Shown here: positions 1 to 9,448 of the stretch, one piece after another
How the letters are laid out: every line of letters begins with the position of its first letter
Numbering within the stretch: position 1 is the stretch's first letter
The notes under the pieces: model-generated
The model's input: only the letters and a program-made list of their open reading frames with translations
What the model was told of the DNA's origin: nothing
Databases searched by the model: none
Origin: Candidatus Omnitrophota bacterium
GTDB lineage: Bacteria; Omnitrophota; Gorgyraeia; Gorgyraeales; Gorgyraeaceae
Assembly: GCA_043814965.1 (NCBI GenBank)
Contig: JBDRJN010000003.1
Coordinates: 1,600-65,599 of the forward strand
DNA: 64,000 bases
Direction of reading: 5' to 3'
Translations under genes and position numbers: made by a program

Positions 1-668
1 CTTTTTTTGCTGGAGCCAGAACCTATCCCGTATCTTTTCCCTAAAATAGAAACTTCGACAATGAAGTGTTTTTTATGGTCAGGGCCTACGGTGGATACGA
101 TGTTGTAAGACGGGATCGTCTTGTATCTTTTTAATACTATCTGTTGAAGGATGGATTTATAATCTTTGGACCCTTTCCCTTCTTTTACAAGCTGGAGTTC
201 TGACCTGAAGCTGGTTTTTATAAATTTAGCAGCTGATTTTATACCACCATCAATATACAGGGCGCCTATCATAGCTTCTAAGGCGCACAAGAGGTTTGAT
301 GGCTGGTTTCTTCCTCCCGAGGCATCCTCACCCTTCCCTAATAAAAGATAGTCCCCTATATGAAGTTTTTTTGCAACACGTTCAATGGTAGCTCCGCTTA
401 CAAGCTGGGATTTATAGCGTGTTAAAGCCCCCTCGTCTTTTTCGGGGTACTCATCGTATAATATCTTGCTGGTGACCAGCCCTAAGACAGAATCACCAAA
501 AAATTCCAAACGTTCATTGTCGCGAGGCTCGGATTTGTATTTTTCGTTTGCGTATGATTTATGGGTGAGCGCTTGATTTAAGAGCTGCTTGTTTTTGAAA
601 CGATAGCTTATTTTTCGTTCGAGTTCTTTGAGTTTTTTTAAGCGTTCTTTATCGGACCTTATTATCAT
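1..668 (-). CDS. rnc: Ribonuclease III (3' end truncated by window edge)
   Basis: Not in ORF track. Manual translation from ATG at 668 gives MIIRSDKERLKKLKELERKISYRFKNKQLLNQALTHKSY...NERLEFFGDSVL (RNase III signature), followed by a dsRBD-like GPDH segment. Confidence 0.95.
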   Translation of the reverse strand, partial: MIIRSDKERLKKLKELERKISYRFKNKQLLNQALTHKSYANEKYKSEPRDNERLEFFGDSVLGLVTSKILYDEYPEKDEGALTRYKSQLVSGATIERVAKKLHIGDYLLLGKGEDASGGRNQPSNLLCALEAMIGALYIDGGIKSAAKFIKTSFRSELQLVKEGKGSKDYKSILQQIVLKRYKTIPSYNIVSTVGPDHKKHFIVEVSILGKRYGIGSGSSKK

Positions 669-1756
669 AGCAGGTTTTTGATAGAGCCTTTTATAATAGT
701 TCTAGGTATATTTTCTTTTACCGCGGCTTTCCCTATCTTTACAGGCAGTACGAACCTGTTTTTACCATGGATGAATTTTTTGTCATGCTCCTGCATCGAA
801 AATATCTTGTCTATGTCGACTTTTTTTAATTTGACGGGCAGGCCTATCTTTTTGATCAATGACCTTATCCGCAAGTAATCAGCATCTTTTAACATACCCA
901 GTTCTTTTGATATATTAGAAGCTGATAGCATACCTAGCGCGACAGCTTCTCCGTGAGAATAGGCCTTGGTATAACTAGCGGCTGATTCAATGGCATGCCC
1001 GATAGTATGCCCCAGGTTCAATATCACTCGGATGCCTTTATTGTCCAGCTCATCTTTTTCTACGACCCTTGCTTTTATGAGACTGCAGTTATATACGATG
1101 TACTGAAGCAGTTTCTTATCGTAGTTTAATATCTTCGAAGACCTTTTTTCTATGGTGTTGAATAAAGAAGGAGATCTTATTATGCCATATTTTATGACCT
1201 CAGACAGTCCTGATACGAGGTCTCTCCTGGAAAGGCTTTTTAAAAAGCACATATCGCTGAAGACAAGCCTAGGTTGGTAGAAAGCCCCAGCCAGGTTTTT
1301 TCCTACCCTTAGGTCTATAGCAACCTTACCTCCTATCGCTGAGTCTACTTGGGCAAGGAGTGTCGTGGGGATCTGTATATAGGGGATGCCTCTTCTATAT
1401 ATGCTGGCAACAAATCCGGCCAGGTCACCTATGACCCCTCCCCCTAAAGCTATTATAAAGAGTCTTTTTTTTGAGCCATCAAACCTTGAAATATTATTGA
1501 GCAGTCTAAGGCAGTATTTTTCTGATTTTGCTTTTTCTGAATCAGGCACTATCTCTTCCCTTACATTGAAACCTGATTTCAGAAGGGACTTTTTTACTTT
1601 TTGCGAGTAGAGCTTTTTTATCACAGGGTTCGTTATTATAAAGGCATCCTGCCCTATTTTTAACTTTTTGAGGATAGAACCTAGCTTGGTTATTTGATCA
1701 TAAGAGACCATGATATCATAGCTTCTTTTTCCTAGGTTTACCTTTATAGTTTTCAT
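665..1756 (-). CDS. aroB: 3-dehydroquinate synthase
   Basis: ALGGGVIGDLAGF, PTTLLAQVDSAIGGK and LNLGHTIGHAIE motifs. Confidence 0.97.
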   Translation of the reverse strand: MKTIKVNLGKRSYDIMVSYDQITKLGSILKKLKIGQDAFIITNPVIKKLYSQKVKKSLLKSGFNVREEIVPDSEKAKSEKYCLRLLNNISRFDGSKKRLFIIALGGGVIGDLAGFVASIYRRGIPYIQIPTTLLAQVDSAIGGKVAIDLRVGKNLAGAFYQPRLVFSDMCFLKSLSRRDLVSGLSEVIKYGIIRSPSLFNTIEKRSSKILNYDKKLLQYIVYNCSLIKARVVEKDELDNKGIRVILNLGHTIGHAIESAASYTKAYSHGEAVALGMLSASNISKELGMLKDADYLRIRSLIKKIGLPVKLKKVDIDKIFSMQEHDKKFIHGKNRFVLPVKIGKAAVKENIPRTIIKGSIKNLL

Positions 1757-2367
1757 GTAAGCACTCCTAACAGGCGCGCCAGAATGGTAGTAAGCGGCCA
1801 GATCACTTTTCCTATTATCCCTAGATACAGTAGTGCGATTATTATTATAAAACCATAGGGTTCTAGCGCGCTGTATTTTATGGCCATATTTCTTGGCAGC
1901 AACCCCATCATCACTCTTGAGCCGTCAAGAGGAGGTATCGGTATTATGTTAAATACTGCCAGTACAAGATTGATCAGTATAGCCGTGCTCAATAGTACCG
2001 GCACGATAGAATAGTCCTGGTTCAGGTTGGAAAGTTTTAGGAAAAAAGACAATATTATCGCGAATATTATATTAGCCAGCGGCCCGGCAAGTCCTACCCA
2101 TATCATATCTTTTTTTGGGTTGTTAAGTCCCCGAAAATTTACCGGAACAGGCTTTGCCCATCCAAAAACAAATGGAGACCTTGATAATATCAATAAAAGA
2201 GGAAGGAATATCGTACCTATAGGGTCTATATGCGCTATGGGGTTCAACGTGAGCCTCCCAGCGTCTTTTGCGGTATTATCCCCCAACTTCATGGCAACCC
2301 ATCCATGAGCGTATTCATGCACTATTACTGCTAGGAAAAAAAGAGTCAAGCTCAGGATAATAGTCAT
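1753..2367 (-). CDS. Site-2 protease family (M50) membrane metalloprotease
   Basis: HEYAH zinc motif, NIIPIPPLDG motif, multiple TM helices. Confidence 0.93.
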   Translation of the reverse strand: MTIILSLTLFFLAVIVHEYAHGWVAMKLGDNTAKDAGRLTLNPIAHIDPIGTIFLPLLLILSRSPFVFGWAKPVPVNFRGLNNPKKDMIWVGLAGPLANIIFAIILSFFLKLSNLNQDYSIVPVLLSTAILINLVLAVFNIIPIPPLDGSRVMMGLLPRNMAIKYSALEPYGFIIIIALLYLGIIGKVIWPLTTILARLLGVLT

Positions 2368-2849
2368 ATTTCGTCAAGTTTAAAGACGGCCTGGTCCTTG
2401 TGGATCCACCCGGCTGTTTCAATGGTAGGCTCTATCTCATACCAACCATTTTCTTCGGAAATAATAGTTATTGTTTCTGGTTCTGAGGCCTGTCCTACTA
2501 CAGAACTGTTCAGACTTGGCCGTGCCCTTAGGTTTACGCGAGATGCTTTAAGGGTACCTGTATTCGGCTCACCTATATTCACAAAGTCAGTCTTGATGTA
2601 TATGTGGGCTTTTCTGGGCAATGCCACCTTGAACCAATCGTAATATTCCCCTATTATTTTTACAGGGTCGTTTTTTTTCAGTTTGTACAGGTTTTCAAAG
2701 TTTATATTATAGCCTGCTTTTATATTCACCTGGTCAGTTTTTATAAAGCCTGACTTAGGAAAAAGATTTTCTATATCTTCAGCAAAAGATACGCTGTTGT
2801 GGCATAGGATAATAAAAAGTACCAAGAGAGTCGGCCTTATAGATTTCAT
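2364..2849 (-). CDS. Secreted protein with two bacterial SH3 domains
   Basis: Signal peptide; two repeats VNI/LR...W(F/Y)...GW typical of SH3b. Confidence 0.75.
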   Translation of the reverse strand: MKSIRPTLLVLFIILCHNSVSFAEDIENLFPKSGFIKTDQVNIKAGYNINFENLYKLKKNDPVKIIGEYYDWFKVALPRKAHIYIKTDFVNIGEPNTGTLKASRVNLRARPSLNSSVVGQASEPETITIISEENGWYEIEPTIETAGWIHKDQAVFKLDEI

Positions 2850-2924
2850 AATCTGCGATCAATAACCTGCGTCTATATACCTGACAATCTATGGGCTAGG
2901 TTAAAGCCTATAGGTATATCATCG

Positions 2925-3206
2925 TCAGGATTTTTGTTTGGTCTCTTTTGCTGGCGTCTGTTTTCCTGGCGCGTCTTTTGCTGGCGTCTGCGCAGCCTGT
3001 ACTGCCTCACCTTCTTTTGGCTTTTCCTCGGCTTCTTTTTTCTTTATCTTTGTCCTTAAGATCTTTAACTTAGGCAGCCCATACACGGACGCGCCGTCTT
3101 TTAAAATACCTTTTTCTTTCAGGGCGGAAAACCTTTCGTATCTTTTTAATACAGTCCTTTGTTTGTTCCCTGTTTTTGAGCTTTTCAGACTAGGATGCTG
3201 CGACAT
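2925..3206 (-). CDS. PVC-superphylum signature small basic protein with low-complexity tail
   Basis: MSQHPSLK...RTVLKRYER...L...G...SVYGLPK pattern resembles the Chlamydiae/Verrucomicrobia/Planctomycetes small basic protein. Confidence 0.75.
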   Translation of the reverse strand: MSQHPSLKSSKTGNKQRTVLKRYERFSALKEKGILKDGASVYGLPKLKILRTKIKKKEAEEKPKEGEAVQAAQTPAKDAPGKQTPAKETKQKS

Positions 3207-3248
3207 TGTTCCTCCTCCTTCTCCTTTGTTTTTTTTGAAAACTCCGAT

Positions 3249-3806
3249 CTAGAGCCTTGTTATATAACAGTCTTTATATGTCCTTGTCAGGTTATTGTAT
3301 AGTTTTTCCGCACTTTCTTTTGTTTTAAACACACCCAGGTATACCTGGTAATACTTCCCGGATTTTCTTACATGCGCTTTGTAGCCTTCTTTTACCAGCC
3401 TTTCTTTTTCATCGTAGGCGCTTGCCTCCTGGCTGAAAGAAGCCAGCCTTAGGATATATCCGTCTTTTTCTTCCGGCGCCTCTTCATATTTTTTAGCTAT
3501 AGATATGGTCTCCCTATTGTCGGGTTGGATAGCTATTGTTTCAGCGGCTTCGGGATATACAATGGTTTCCCCTCTTTTTGCTACCAAGGTGTCCTGTCTT
3601 CCTTTTTCAACACCCAATGAAAAGAATATAATAGAACCCATAATAAAGCTTACAATAAGAAATATGATATTTTCATAAGAGAGCGCGATGCTATTTTTTA
3701 ATTGCGGCAAAAGGAGTTTTACCTTTTTCCTCATTTTTTTTTCTGAGGCCTGCGCATGTTCAAACAGATCTATCTCTTTTTTGTCGTCCAGGAATTTTGC
3801 AGCCAT
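3249..3806 (-). CDS. Membrane-anchored SPOR (peptidoglycan-binding) domain protein
   Basis: Single TM helix (FSLGVEKG) and C-terminal YILRLASF...YQVYLGVF.TKESA SPOR-like pattern. Confidence 0.8.
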   Translation of the reverse strand: MAAKFLDDKKEIDLFEHAQASEKKMRKKVKLLLPQLKNSIALSYENIIFLIVSFIMGSIIFFSLGVEKGRQDTLVAKRGETIVYPEAAETIAIQPDNRETISIAKKYEEAPEEKDGYILRLASFSQEASAYDEKERLVKEGYKAHVRKSGKYYQVYLGVFKTKESAEKLYNNLTRTYKDCYITRL

Positions 3807-3809
3807 ATC

Positions 3810-4082
3810 TTAAGGGTTGATATTCTTTTTTATGTATTCTTCAATGGTTTTTGTTATTTTTCTATTATTTGTATATGAGTACGCGGTCGTAGAGACTGTT
3901 TTATGGTTTATCAGTATCCCATTTTTTAATAGTATTTTTAAGGAATCCTCTACTTCCTCCGGTTCATGGCCGATCCATATAGATATGCCCTTAGCAGTGT
4001 CTATTGAATGAGGGTTTTCATTAAAAAATATTATTACATTCTTTGTTACTTCGTTTTTGAATAATCTTTTCAGGTATTCCAT
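3810..4082 (-). CDS. Small hypothetical protein, probable winged helix-turn-helix
   Basis: FFNENPHSIDTAKGISIWIG...L..L...GIL helix-turn-helix/wing pattern. Confidence 0.55.
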   Translation of the reverse strand: MEYLKRLFKNEVTKNVIIFFNENPHSIDTAKGISIWIGHEPEEVEDSLKILLKNGILINHKTVSTTAYSYTNNRKITKTIEEYIKKNINP

Positions 4083-4086
4083 AATA

Positions 4087-5550
4087 TTATAAAAGCAGTT
4101 CCTTGATATCGGGTTTTCTTAATAGTTCCAGGAACGCATCCACGACCTCCGGGTCAAATTGCCTGCCTCTATTGCTTTCTATTTCTTTAAAAGCCTGGGT
4201 GATGCTTATCTTATCATTTTTATAAGGCCTTAAGGATATCATCGCTTCAAATGCTTCCGCAACAGCCATTATCCTTGCGCCTATTGGTATGGCGTTGCCT
4301 TTTAACCCGCTTGGATATCCAGCGCCATCATATCTTTCGTGGTGATACAGGATTATAGGTATACTGGGTTTTAAGAATTCCAGATGTTCGATTATCTTTA
4401 AGCTTTCAAGGTGTTGTTTCTTGATGATACTATATTCTTTTTTTGATAGACCGCCTTGTTTTTTTAATATTTCATCAGGGATGCTGAACTTGCCTGTATC
4501 CGGTAAAAGCGCAGCATAACGCAGGTTTCTTATGTCTTCTCGCTTCAGCTTCATCTCTTCAGCTATTGCCAGCACTATCCGCACAAACCTCTCGGAGTGA
4601 GTAAAGGTGTTTGGCGATTTTGCATCCAATAGCGCGCTGAGAGATTTTATGCTTCCGTAAGCCATCTTTTCCTGTTCTTCATATAGCTGCGCGTTTATTA
4701 TGGCTATCACTGCTTGTTCGGCAAGGGTAAGCATTATCTCAAGGTCGAATTTGTTAAAGGCCCGATCGTTCGTCTTATTTTTTACATATACTACTCCTAT
4801 GATATCCTCTTCTATAAGAGGTATGCAAAGCAGTTTTCTTGACATATGTATTTTGCCGGTCTTTGCGACTTTTCCCTCTATTCCAGAACCTATCCTTATC
4901 TTTTTAAATTTAACAGGGCCTTTGCCATTGTTGTTTTTTAGGTCTACCTTTGCTTTTGATATGAGGTATTTTTTAGAGTCATCCACGAGCATTATAGAGC
5001 AATAATTTACTCTCATGACCTGCGAACTAAGCCTGGCTATTCTTTCTATGAGTTCGTTTATATCAAGAGTAGAGCTCAAGAGCCTATGTATCGTATGGAT
5101 CGTTGACAGGGCTATTGCTCTAGGCCTGATAGTGCTATAGACCTTTTTTAGCTCCTGTTCTTTTTGATATTCTTTCAGTGATACATCTATGAAGAGTTTC
5201 ATGAAAGAAAGTTCTTTTTTGTCCAAAGGTCTTTTGAGGTCAGGCATCAGTGTAAAACCGTATAATGTGTCGCCTTGTATTATAGGGACAAGAAGGCATA
5301 GCTTGTTTTTTGACGCAATAAACTGTGTTATTTCCTTGGGTATATTTCTTTTTAGTTTTGCTATATGCTTTATGATATGCGGATTATACTTTTTTACATT
5401 CTCCAAAATGCTGAGCCTGTCGTCAAAATACAGGCAATTCCGGCCCTTTACCATCACATCCGAAAACATCTCTTTAAAGGATGTAATAGAGCTGGAATTA
5501 CAAAAATTCAATAAAAATTCTTTTTTTTCTTTTATGTCAGACTCTTTCAT
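4087..5550 (-). CDS. GAF-domain + degenerate HD-GYP domain signalling protein
   Basis: GAF segment (LLCIPL...GVVYV...F...DLE.L..LA.QA..AI.NA.LY) then HHERYDGAGYP. The HD motif reads PD (LLPDTGK). Start taken at ATG 5550 rather than the ORF-track 5586. Confidence 0.85.
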   Translation of the reverse strand: MKESDIKEKKEFLLNFCNSSSITSFKEMFSDVMVKGRNCLYFDDRLSILENVKKYNPHIIKHIAKLKRNIPKEITQFIASKNKLCLLVPIIQGDTLYGFTLMPDLKRPLDKKELSFMKLFIDVSLKEYQKEQELKKVYSTIRPRAIALSTIHTIHRLLSSTLDINELIERIARLSSQVMRVNYCSIMLVDDSKKYLISKAKVDLKNNNGKGPVKFKKIRIGSGIEGKVAKTGKIHMSRKLLCIPLIEEDIIGVVYVKNKTNDRAFNKFDLEIMLTLAEQAVIAIINAQLYEEQEKMAYGSIKSLSALLDAKSPNTFTHSERFVRIVLAIAEEMKLKREDIRNLRYAALLPDTGKFSIPDEILKKQGGLSKKEYSIIKKQHLESLKIIEHLEFLKPSIPIILYHHERYDGAGYPSGLKGNAIPIGARIMAVAEAFEAMISLRPYKNDKISITQAFKEIESNRGRQFDPEVVDAFLELLRKPDIKELLL

Positions 5551-6691
5551 ATGGATTAAAAAGTTTTTTGTATTCGTCCAGGGCATACCTATCTGTCATG
5601 CCGGCTATATAGTCGCACACAGTCCTGTATAAACCATGCTCTTTTATCTTTTTCTGGTCCGAAGGAGATAACTGCTCCGGCTTGTCGATGTATACATTAA
5701 ACAGCTCCACTATAAACCTCTTGGCTTTATCTGACATGCGTGTGACCCTGAAGTGTGTATAGAGCCTTTCGGTCAAAAATCTCCTGAACTCCATCCTCTT
5801 GTCTTGCATGTCTTTTGAAAAACTTATCAGTTTCTCAGGGTTTTTTCTTACGTCAATGACTTTTTTTATCTTTGATCTTTTAAGGTTTTTTTCAGAAGAC
5901 CTTACAAGATCCTTTATGCTGGTGTCTATAATAAACCGTATTATCTGATATTTTTTTATCTTTTCAGGCAGGTTAGAGTAAGTCTTTTTGACAAGATTGC
6001 TCGCTTCTTTCCATAGACGCAGCCTGGACAGGGCCTTTTCATCGATCAGGCCTGATGTCAAGCCATCATCTATGTCGTGATTATCATAAGCTATCTCATC
6101 AGCCACATCTACTACCTGTGTCTCAAGCGGCGGAGACATGTCAGGCTCAAGTTCTACCAATCTTTCGGGCTTATCGAACATGGTCGTATGCTTGTTTATC
6201 CCCTCTCTTACTTCCCATGTAAGGTTAAGCCCTGGAAAAGACGGATATCTTAGCTCCAATTCGTCAACTACCCTCAATCCTTGGAGATTATGGTCAAATC
6301 CTCCTCTATCTTTCATGAGCACACTAAGGATCTCTTCTCCTGCATGGCCGAATGGAGGATGCCCTATATCGTGTGCCAGGGCAATAGCTTCAACGAGGTC
6401 TTCATTTAAGCTCATTTCCCTTGCTATGGACCTAGCTATCTGGCTTACCTCCAGAGTATGCGTAAGCCTTGTCCTGTAATAGTCACCCTCGTGGTTTACG
6501 AATACCTGGGTCTTGTATTCGAGCCTGCGAAAGGCTGTAGAATGTACGATCCTGTCCCTGTCTCTTTGATAACAAGACCTGTATTTTGCCTGCGGTTCCG
6601 GGTGTTTCCTGCCCTTTGTGTCTTTAGAATGCATGGCATAAGCTGCCAGTATCTTGTCTTCTCTTTTTTCTATGTCATTTCGTGTAAGCAT
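5537..6691 (-). CDS. dgt: Deoxyguanosinetriphosphate triphosphohydrolase (dGTPase)
   Basis: RDRDRIVHSTAFRRL.YKTQV, RTRLTHTLEV, HDIGHPPFGHAGE and DYIAGMTD motifs. Confidence 0.95.
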   Translation of the reverse strand: MLTRNDIEKREDKILAAYAMHSKDTKGRKHPEPQAKYRSCYQRDRDRIVHSTAFRRLEYKTQVFVNHEGDYYRTRLTHTLEVSQIARSIAREMSLNEDLVEAIALAHDIGHPPFGHAGEEILSVLMKDRGGFDHNLQGLRVVDELELRYPSFPGLNLTWEVREGINKHTTMFDKPERLVELEPDMSPPLETQVVDVADEIAYDNHDIDDGLTSGLIDEKALSRLRLWKEASNLVKKTYSNLPEKIKKYQIIRFIIDTSIKDLVRSSEKNLKRSKIKKVIDVRKNPEKLISFSKDMQDKRMEFRRFLTERLYTHFRVTRMSDKAKRFIVELFNVYIDKPEQLSPSDQKKIKEHGLYRTVCDYIAGMTDRYALDEYKKLFNPYERV

Positions 6692-6692
6692 A

Positions 6693-7145
6693 TCAATCTT
6701 TCAGTATTTTATAAAGCTCTTTTAGTGATTGGGGGATTATTTTTGTATCAGAGATAATAGGCATAAAATTTGTGTCCCCGCTCCATCTGGGGACAATGTG
6801 TATATGTATATGATCTTTATAGCCAGCGCCCCCCGCTTCCCCTGTGTTGATGCCAATATTAAAACCATGGGGTTTTAGTTTTTTAGATATAAGGGCCTGT
6901 ATCTCTTTTGTAAGCTTGATCAGATCCAGGAGTTCCTGATCTTTTAGCCCAGTCAGGTCTTTTACATGCCTGGCAGGGGCTACCATCACATGACCATTAT
7001 TATATGGGTATATATTCAATAAAGCAAATGAGAATTTTGATTTTTTTATTATAAAGCCCTCTTTTTTATTAAAACAAAATATACAACGTCCTTTCTTCTT
7101 TTTTCTTACAAATTTACTTCTCCACGGGGCCCATAATTTATCCAT
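6693..7145 (-). CDS. HIT-family (Ap4A phosphorylase/hydrolase-like) protein
   Basis: LWAPWR, CIFC, PYNNGH, HIHIHIVPRW. Confidence 0.92.
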   Translation of the reverse strand: MDKLWAPWRSKFVRKKKKGRCIFCFNKKEGFIIKKSKFSFALLNIYPYNNGHVMVAPARHVKDLTGLKDQELLDLIKLTKEIQALISKKLKPHGFNIGINTGEAGGAGYKDHIHIHIVPRWSGDTNFMPIISDTKIIPQSLKELYKILKD

Positions 7146-7159
7146 ACAAAGACCTTTCT

Positions 7160-7648
7160 CTAGAGTCTTTTTATCTCAGCTTTTATATTGTTTTTTGAAA
7201 GTTCTATTATGCCTATAGAGCGATAGGGGGCAAATACTATATCCGTAGCGCTTCCAGGGTTAAAATACAGCACTCCATTTATCTCTTCGTTCATCGGCAT
7301 GTGCGAATGGCCAAATATCACTATATCCGGCTTTTCTTTTAAAAACTCCTCTTCCAGGATATGGACTATATTTTTTGGGTGGCCATGGCCATGCATGATG
7401 CATATCTTTTTGTTCTCTAGTGTCAGCACTTTTTTGTCCGGCAGCATATCTTTTGTCCCGGCAGTGTCCATATTTCCATGCACTGCTTCTACCTTTGCTA
7501 TTTTCTCAAGGCACTCTATCACGCAGATATCTATCAGGTCGCCGGCATGTATTATTAGGTCGCATCCGTCGAGGATGCTGAAAACATTAGGGTCTATTTC
7601 GCACTTAGCCCCAGCTATATGTGTATCTGATATTACGCCTATCTTCAT
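7160..7648 (-). CDS. YfcE/MJ0936-family metallophosphoesterase
   Basis: SDTH, HAGD, GNMD, HGH, GHSH, NPGS motifs. Confidence 0.93.
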   Translation of the reverse strand: MKIGVISDTHIAGAKCEIDPNVFSILDGCDLIIHAGDLIDICVIECLEKIAKVEAVHGNMDTAGTKDMLPDKKVLTLENKKICIMHGHGHPKNIVHILEEEFLKEKPDIVIFGHSHMPMNEEINGVLYFNPGSATDIVFAPYRSIGIIELSKNNIKAEIKRL

Positions 7649-7651
7649 TAC

Positions 7652-9271
7652 TTAACCTATAAGGGGTTTACTGTAAAGCTCCATTAATATATTAAGGCTA
7701 TCCAGGCCCCACACCCAGAATTTGGCCTCTTTGGCCAAAAGATACGCATTTTCGTGTATCCCCGACAATGATATAAGTATGTTTCTACTGATATTGATCT
7801 CTTTTTTCTTTTTTTTAGCTTCTTCTATGATGCCCATTATATCGTTTTCTGTCACAAAGTCTTTTTTGATCGTACACAGCCATCTTGACCTATTGTTTAA
7901 GGCAAGGATGTTTGTGTGGTTGTAGGTGTTTTCCTCAAGTTTTTCTATTTTGTTGAAGGATATAAACTTATGCTTTCGGCCATTTAATTGTATGACATCA
8001 TTTTTAAAAAGCCTGAAGAGGTCTTCTATCCTGGATGAAAATTCTTTTTCAAATTCCTGCATGAATATGTTAAGTTCTACGGAGAGTTCTTTCTTGAAAT
8101 ACTCTTCCTCCAGGGCTTCATCGATACTAAAGGACATGATCCTTTTTAAATAGACGGATTTGAGCCAGAAAGAAAATAATTTGTCTTTAAATCTGTACAT
8201 AGACCCGTTTCGGGTGAGGATATCCATATCTATGAACCGGCTCAGGATCTTTGATACATCTTTATTTTGAAGCTTTGAGGCCTTGACTATATCATCCTGT
8301 TTTTTCTTATCGGATGATAATGCTATCAATATTGCCGCAGACTTTGAGATAAACTTACCCTCGGATATCCTTAAGAAAAAATTAGAGAAGGTCTGGTTTA
8401 TTATGCCGGTTTTCCTGAATATAGTATTTAGAAAACTGGTTATTATTAACCCTGCATGATTATTGGTCTCGATATCTTTTAAGAAAAAATTCCTTTTTAT
8501 CTCATCGCATATTGTCCTCATATAGAGCGGCTTGTTGCCGCAAAAAGAGGCAATAAAATCAATATGGGCCTGGGGGAGATTTACGCTCTTTAAGTTATCT
8601 TTGATGAATGTTCGGCTCATAGCTATATCAAAAGGAGGAAGCAATATCCTTTCAAAGTTTCCGAACAGCATTGATAGCTTCTCATCCAATATGCGCTGAC
8701 TAAATGCGTTCTTGGAGCTCAAGAGTATATACATAGTGTCTTTCTGTATCATTATTTTTCTTGCCAGGATACCAAAAGGATGCCTTAACATGAAATTATC
8801 AAGATTATGGAATTCATCCAGTATCAATAGAGGCCTTTTTTTGGTTTCCTCGTATATTGCTGACGTAAGGTCCATTATAAAGGAATAAGCCTCTTCAAGC
8901 CTCCCCTTTTCTATATCCTGCAGTACTCTTGCAGCTATCTGCGCTGTCTTTGGGTAGAGCCTTTCTATATCCTCTATAAGCAGTATTGTATCGTGAGAAG
9001 CGTTCAGGGTAGGGTTTATTTCGACTAGTTTAAAAAAAGCTGATTTTATAAATCGCTTGACGCAAAATTCAAAAGGCTCTATCTTTATTTCCAGGTATAT
9101 AGGTATAATGGTGTCTTTTTTTATATTTTCAGAATTAAGAAGGGTCTTTATAAGAGTGGTCTTGCCTATGGAAGGCTCTCCTATTATAGCAATATTTTGC
9201 CTATAGCCTTCTGAAAATGAATTTATGCGGTGCTCGAGTAAGCTTAATATATTGGATCTATCGTAAGACAT
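7652..9271 (-). CDS. AAA+/STAND-like ATPase with winged-helix and C-terminal nuclease-like region
   Basis: Walker A GEPSIGKT, Walker B LLILDEFH, wHTH region ending Y.FKDKLFSFWL. True start most likely ATG 9271, since the ORF-track extension runs through a repeat element. Confidence 0.75.
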   Translation of the reverse strand: MSYDRSNILSLLEHRINSFSEGYRQNIAIIGEPSIGKTTLIKTLLNSENIKKDTIIPIYLEIKIEPFEFCVKRFIKSAFFKLVEINPTLNASHDTILLIEDIERLYPKTAQIAARVLQDIEKGRLEEAYSFIMDLTSAIYEETKKRPLLILDEFHNLDNFMLRHPFGILARKIMIQKDTMYILLSSKNAFSQRILDEKLSMLFGNFERILLPPFDIAMSRTFIKDNLKSVNLPQAHIDFIASFCGNKPLYMRTICDEIKRNFFLKDIETNNHAGLIITSFLNTIFRKTGIINQTFSNFFLRISEGKFISKSAAILIALSSDKKKQDDIVKASKLQNKDVSKILSRFIDMDILTRNGSMYRFKDKLFSFWLKSVYLKRIMSFSIDEALEEEYFKKELSVELNIFMQEFEKEFSSRIEDLFRLFKNDVIQLNGRKHKFISFNKIEKLEENTYNHTNILALNNRSRWLCTIKKDFVTENDIMGIIEEAKKKKKEINISRNILISLSGIHENAYLLAKEAKFWVWGLDSLNILMELYSKPLIG

Positions 9272-9286
9272 AATTTTTATCCCATG

Positions 9287-9448
9287 AAAACTCTGGAGCG
9301 GGTGATGGGAATCGGCGCCCGCCTTTGGGCGGGTCGGCCACTCGTCCGCTAAACGTATACTCCTATTCGTCGTATACAGCGGACTCACTTCGATTCCACT
9401 TAACCGCTGCAAAAATCATAAAAACTCTGGAGCGGGTGATGGGAATCG
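9287..9448. repeat. 28-bp direct repeat of the tRNA-Gly 3' end enclosing a hairpin-rich mini-element
   Basis: AAAACTCTGGAGCGGGTGATGGGAATCG at 9287-9314 and 9421-9448; degenerate inverted copy at 9389-9411. Confidence 0.9.
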
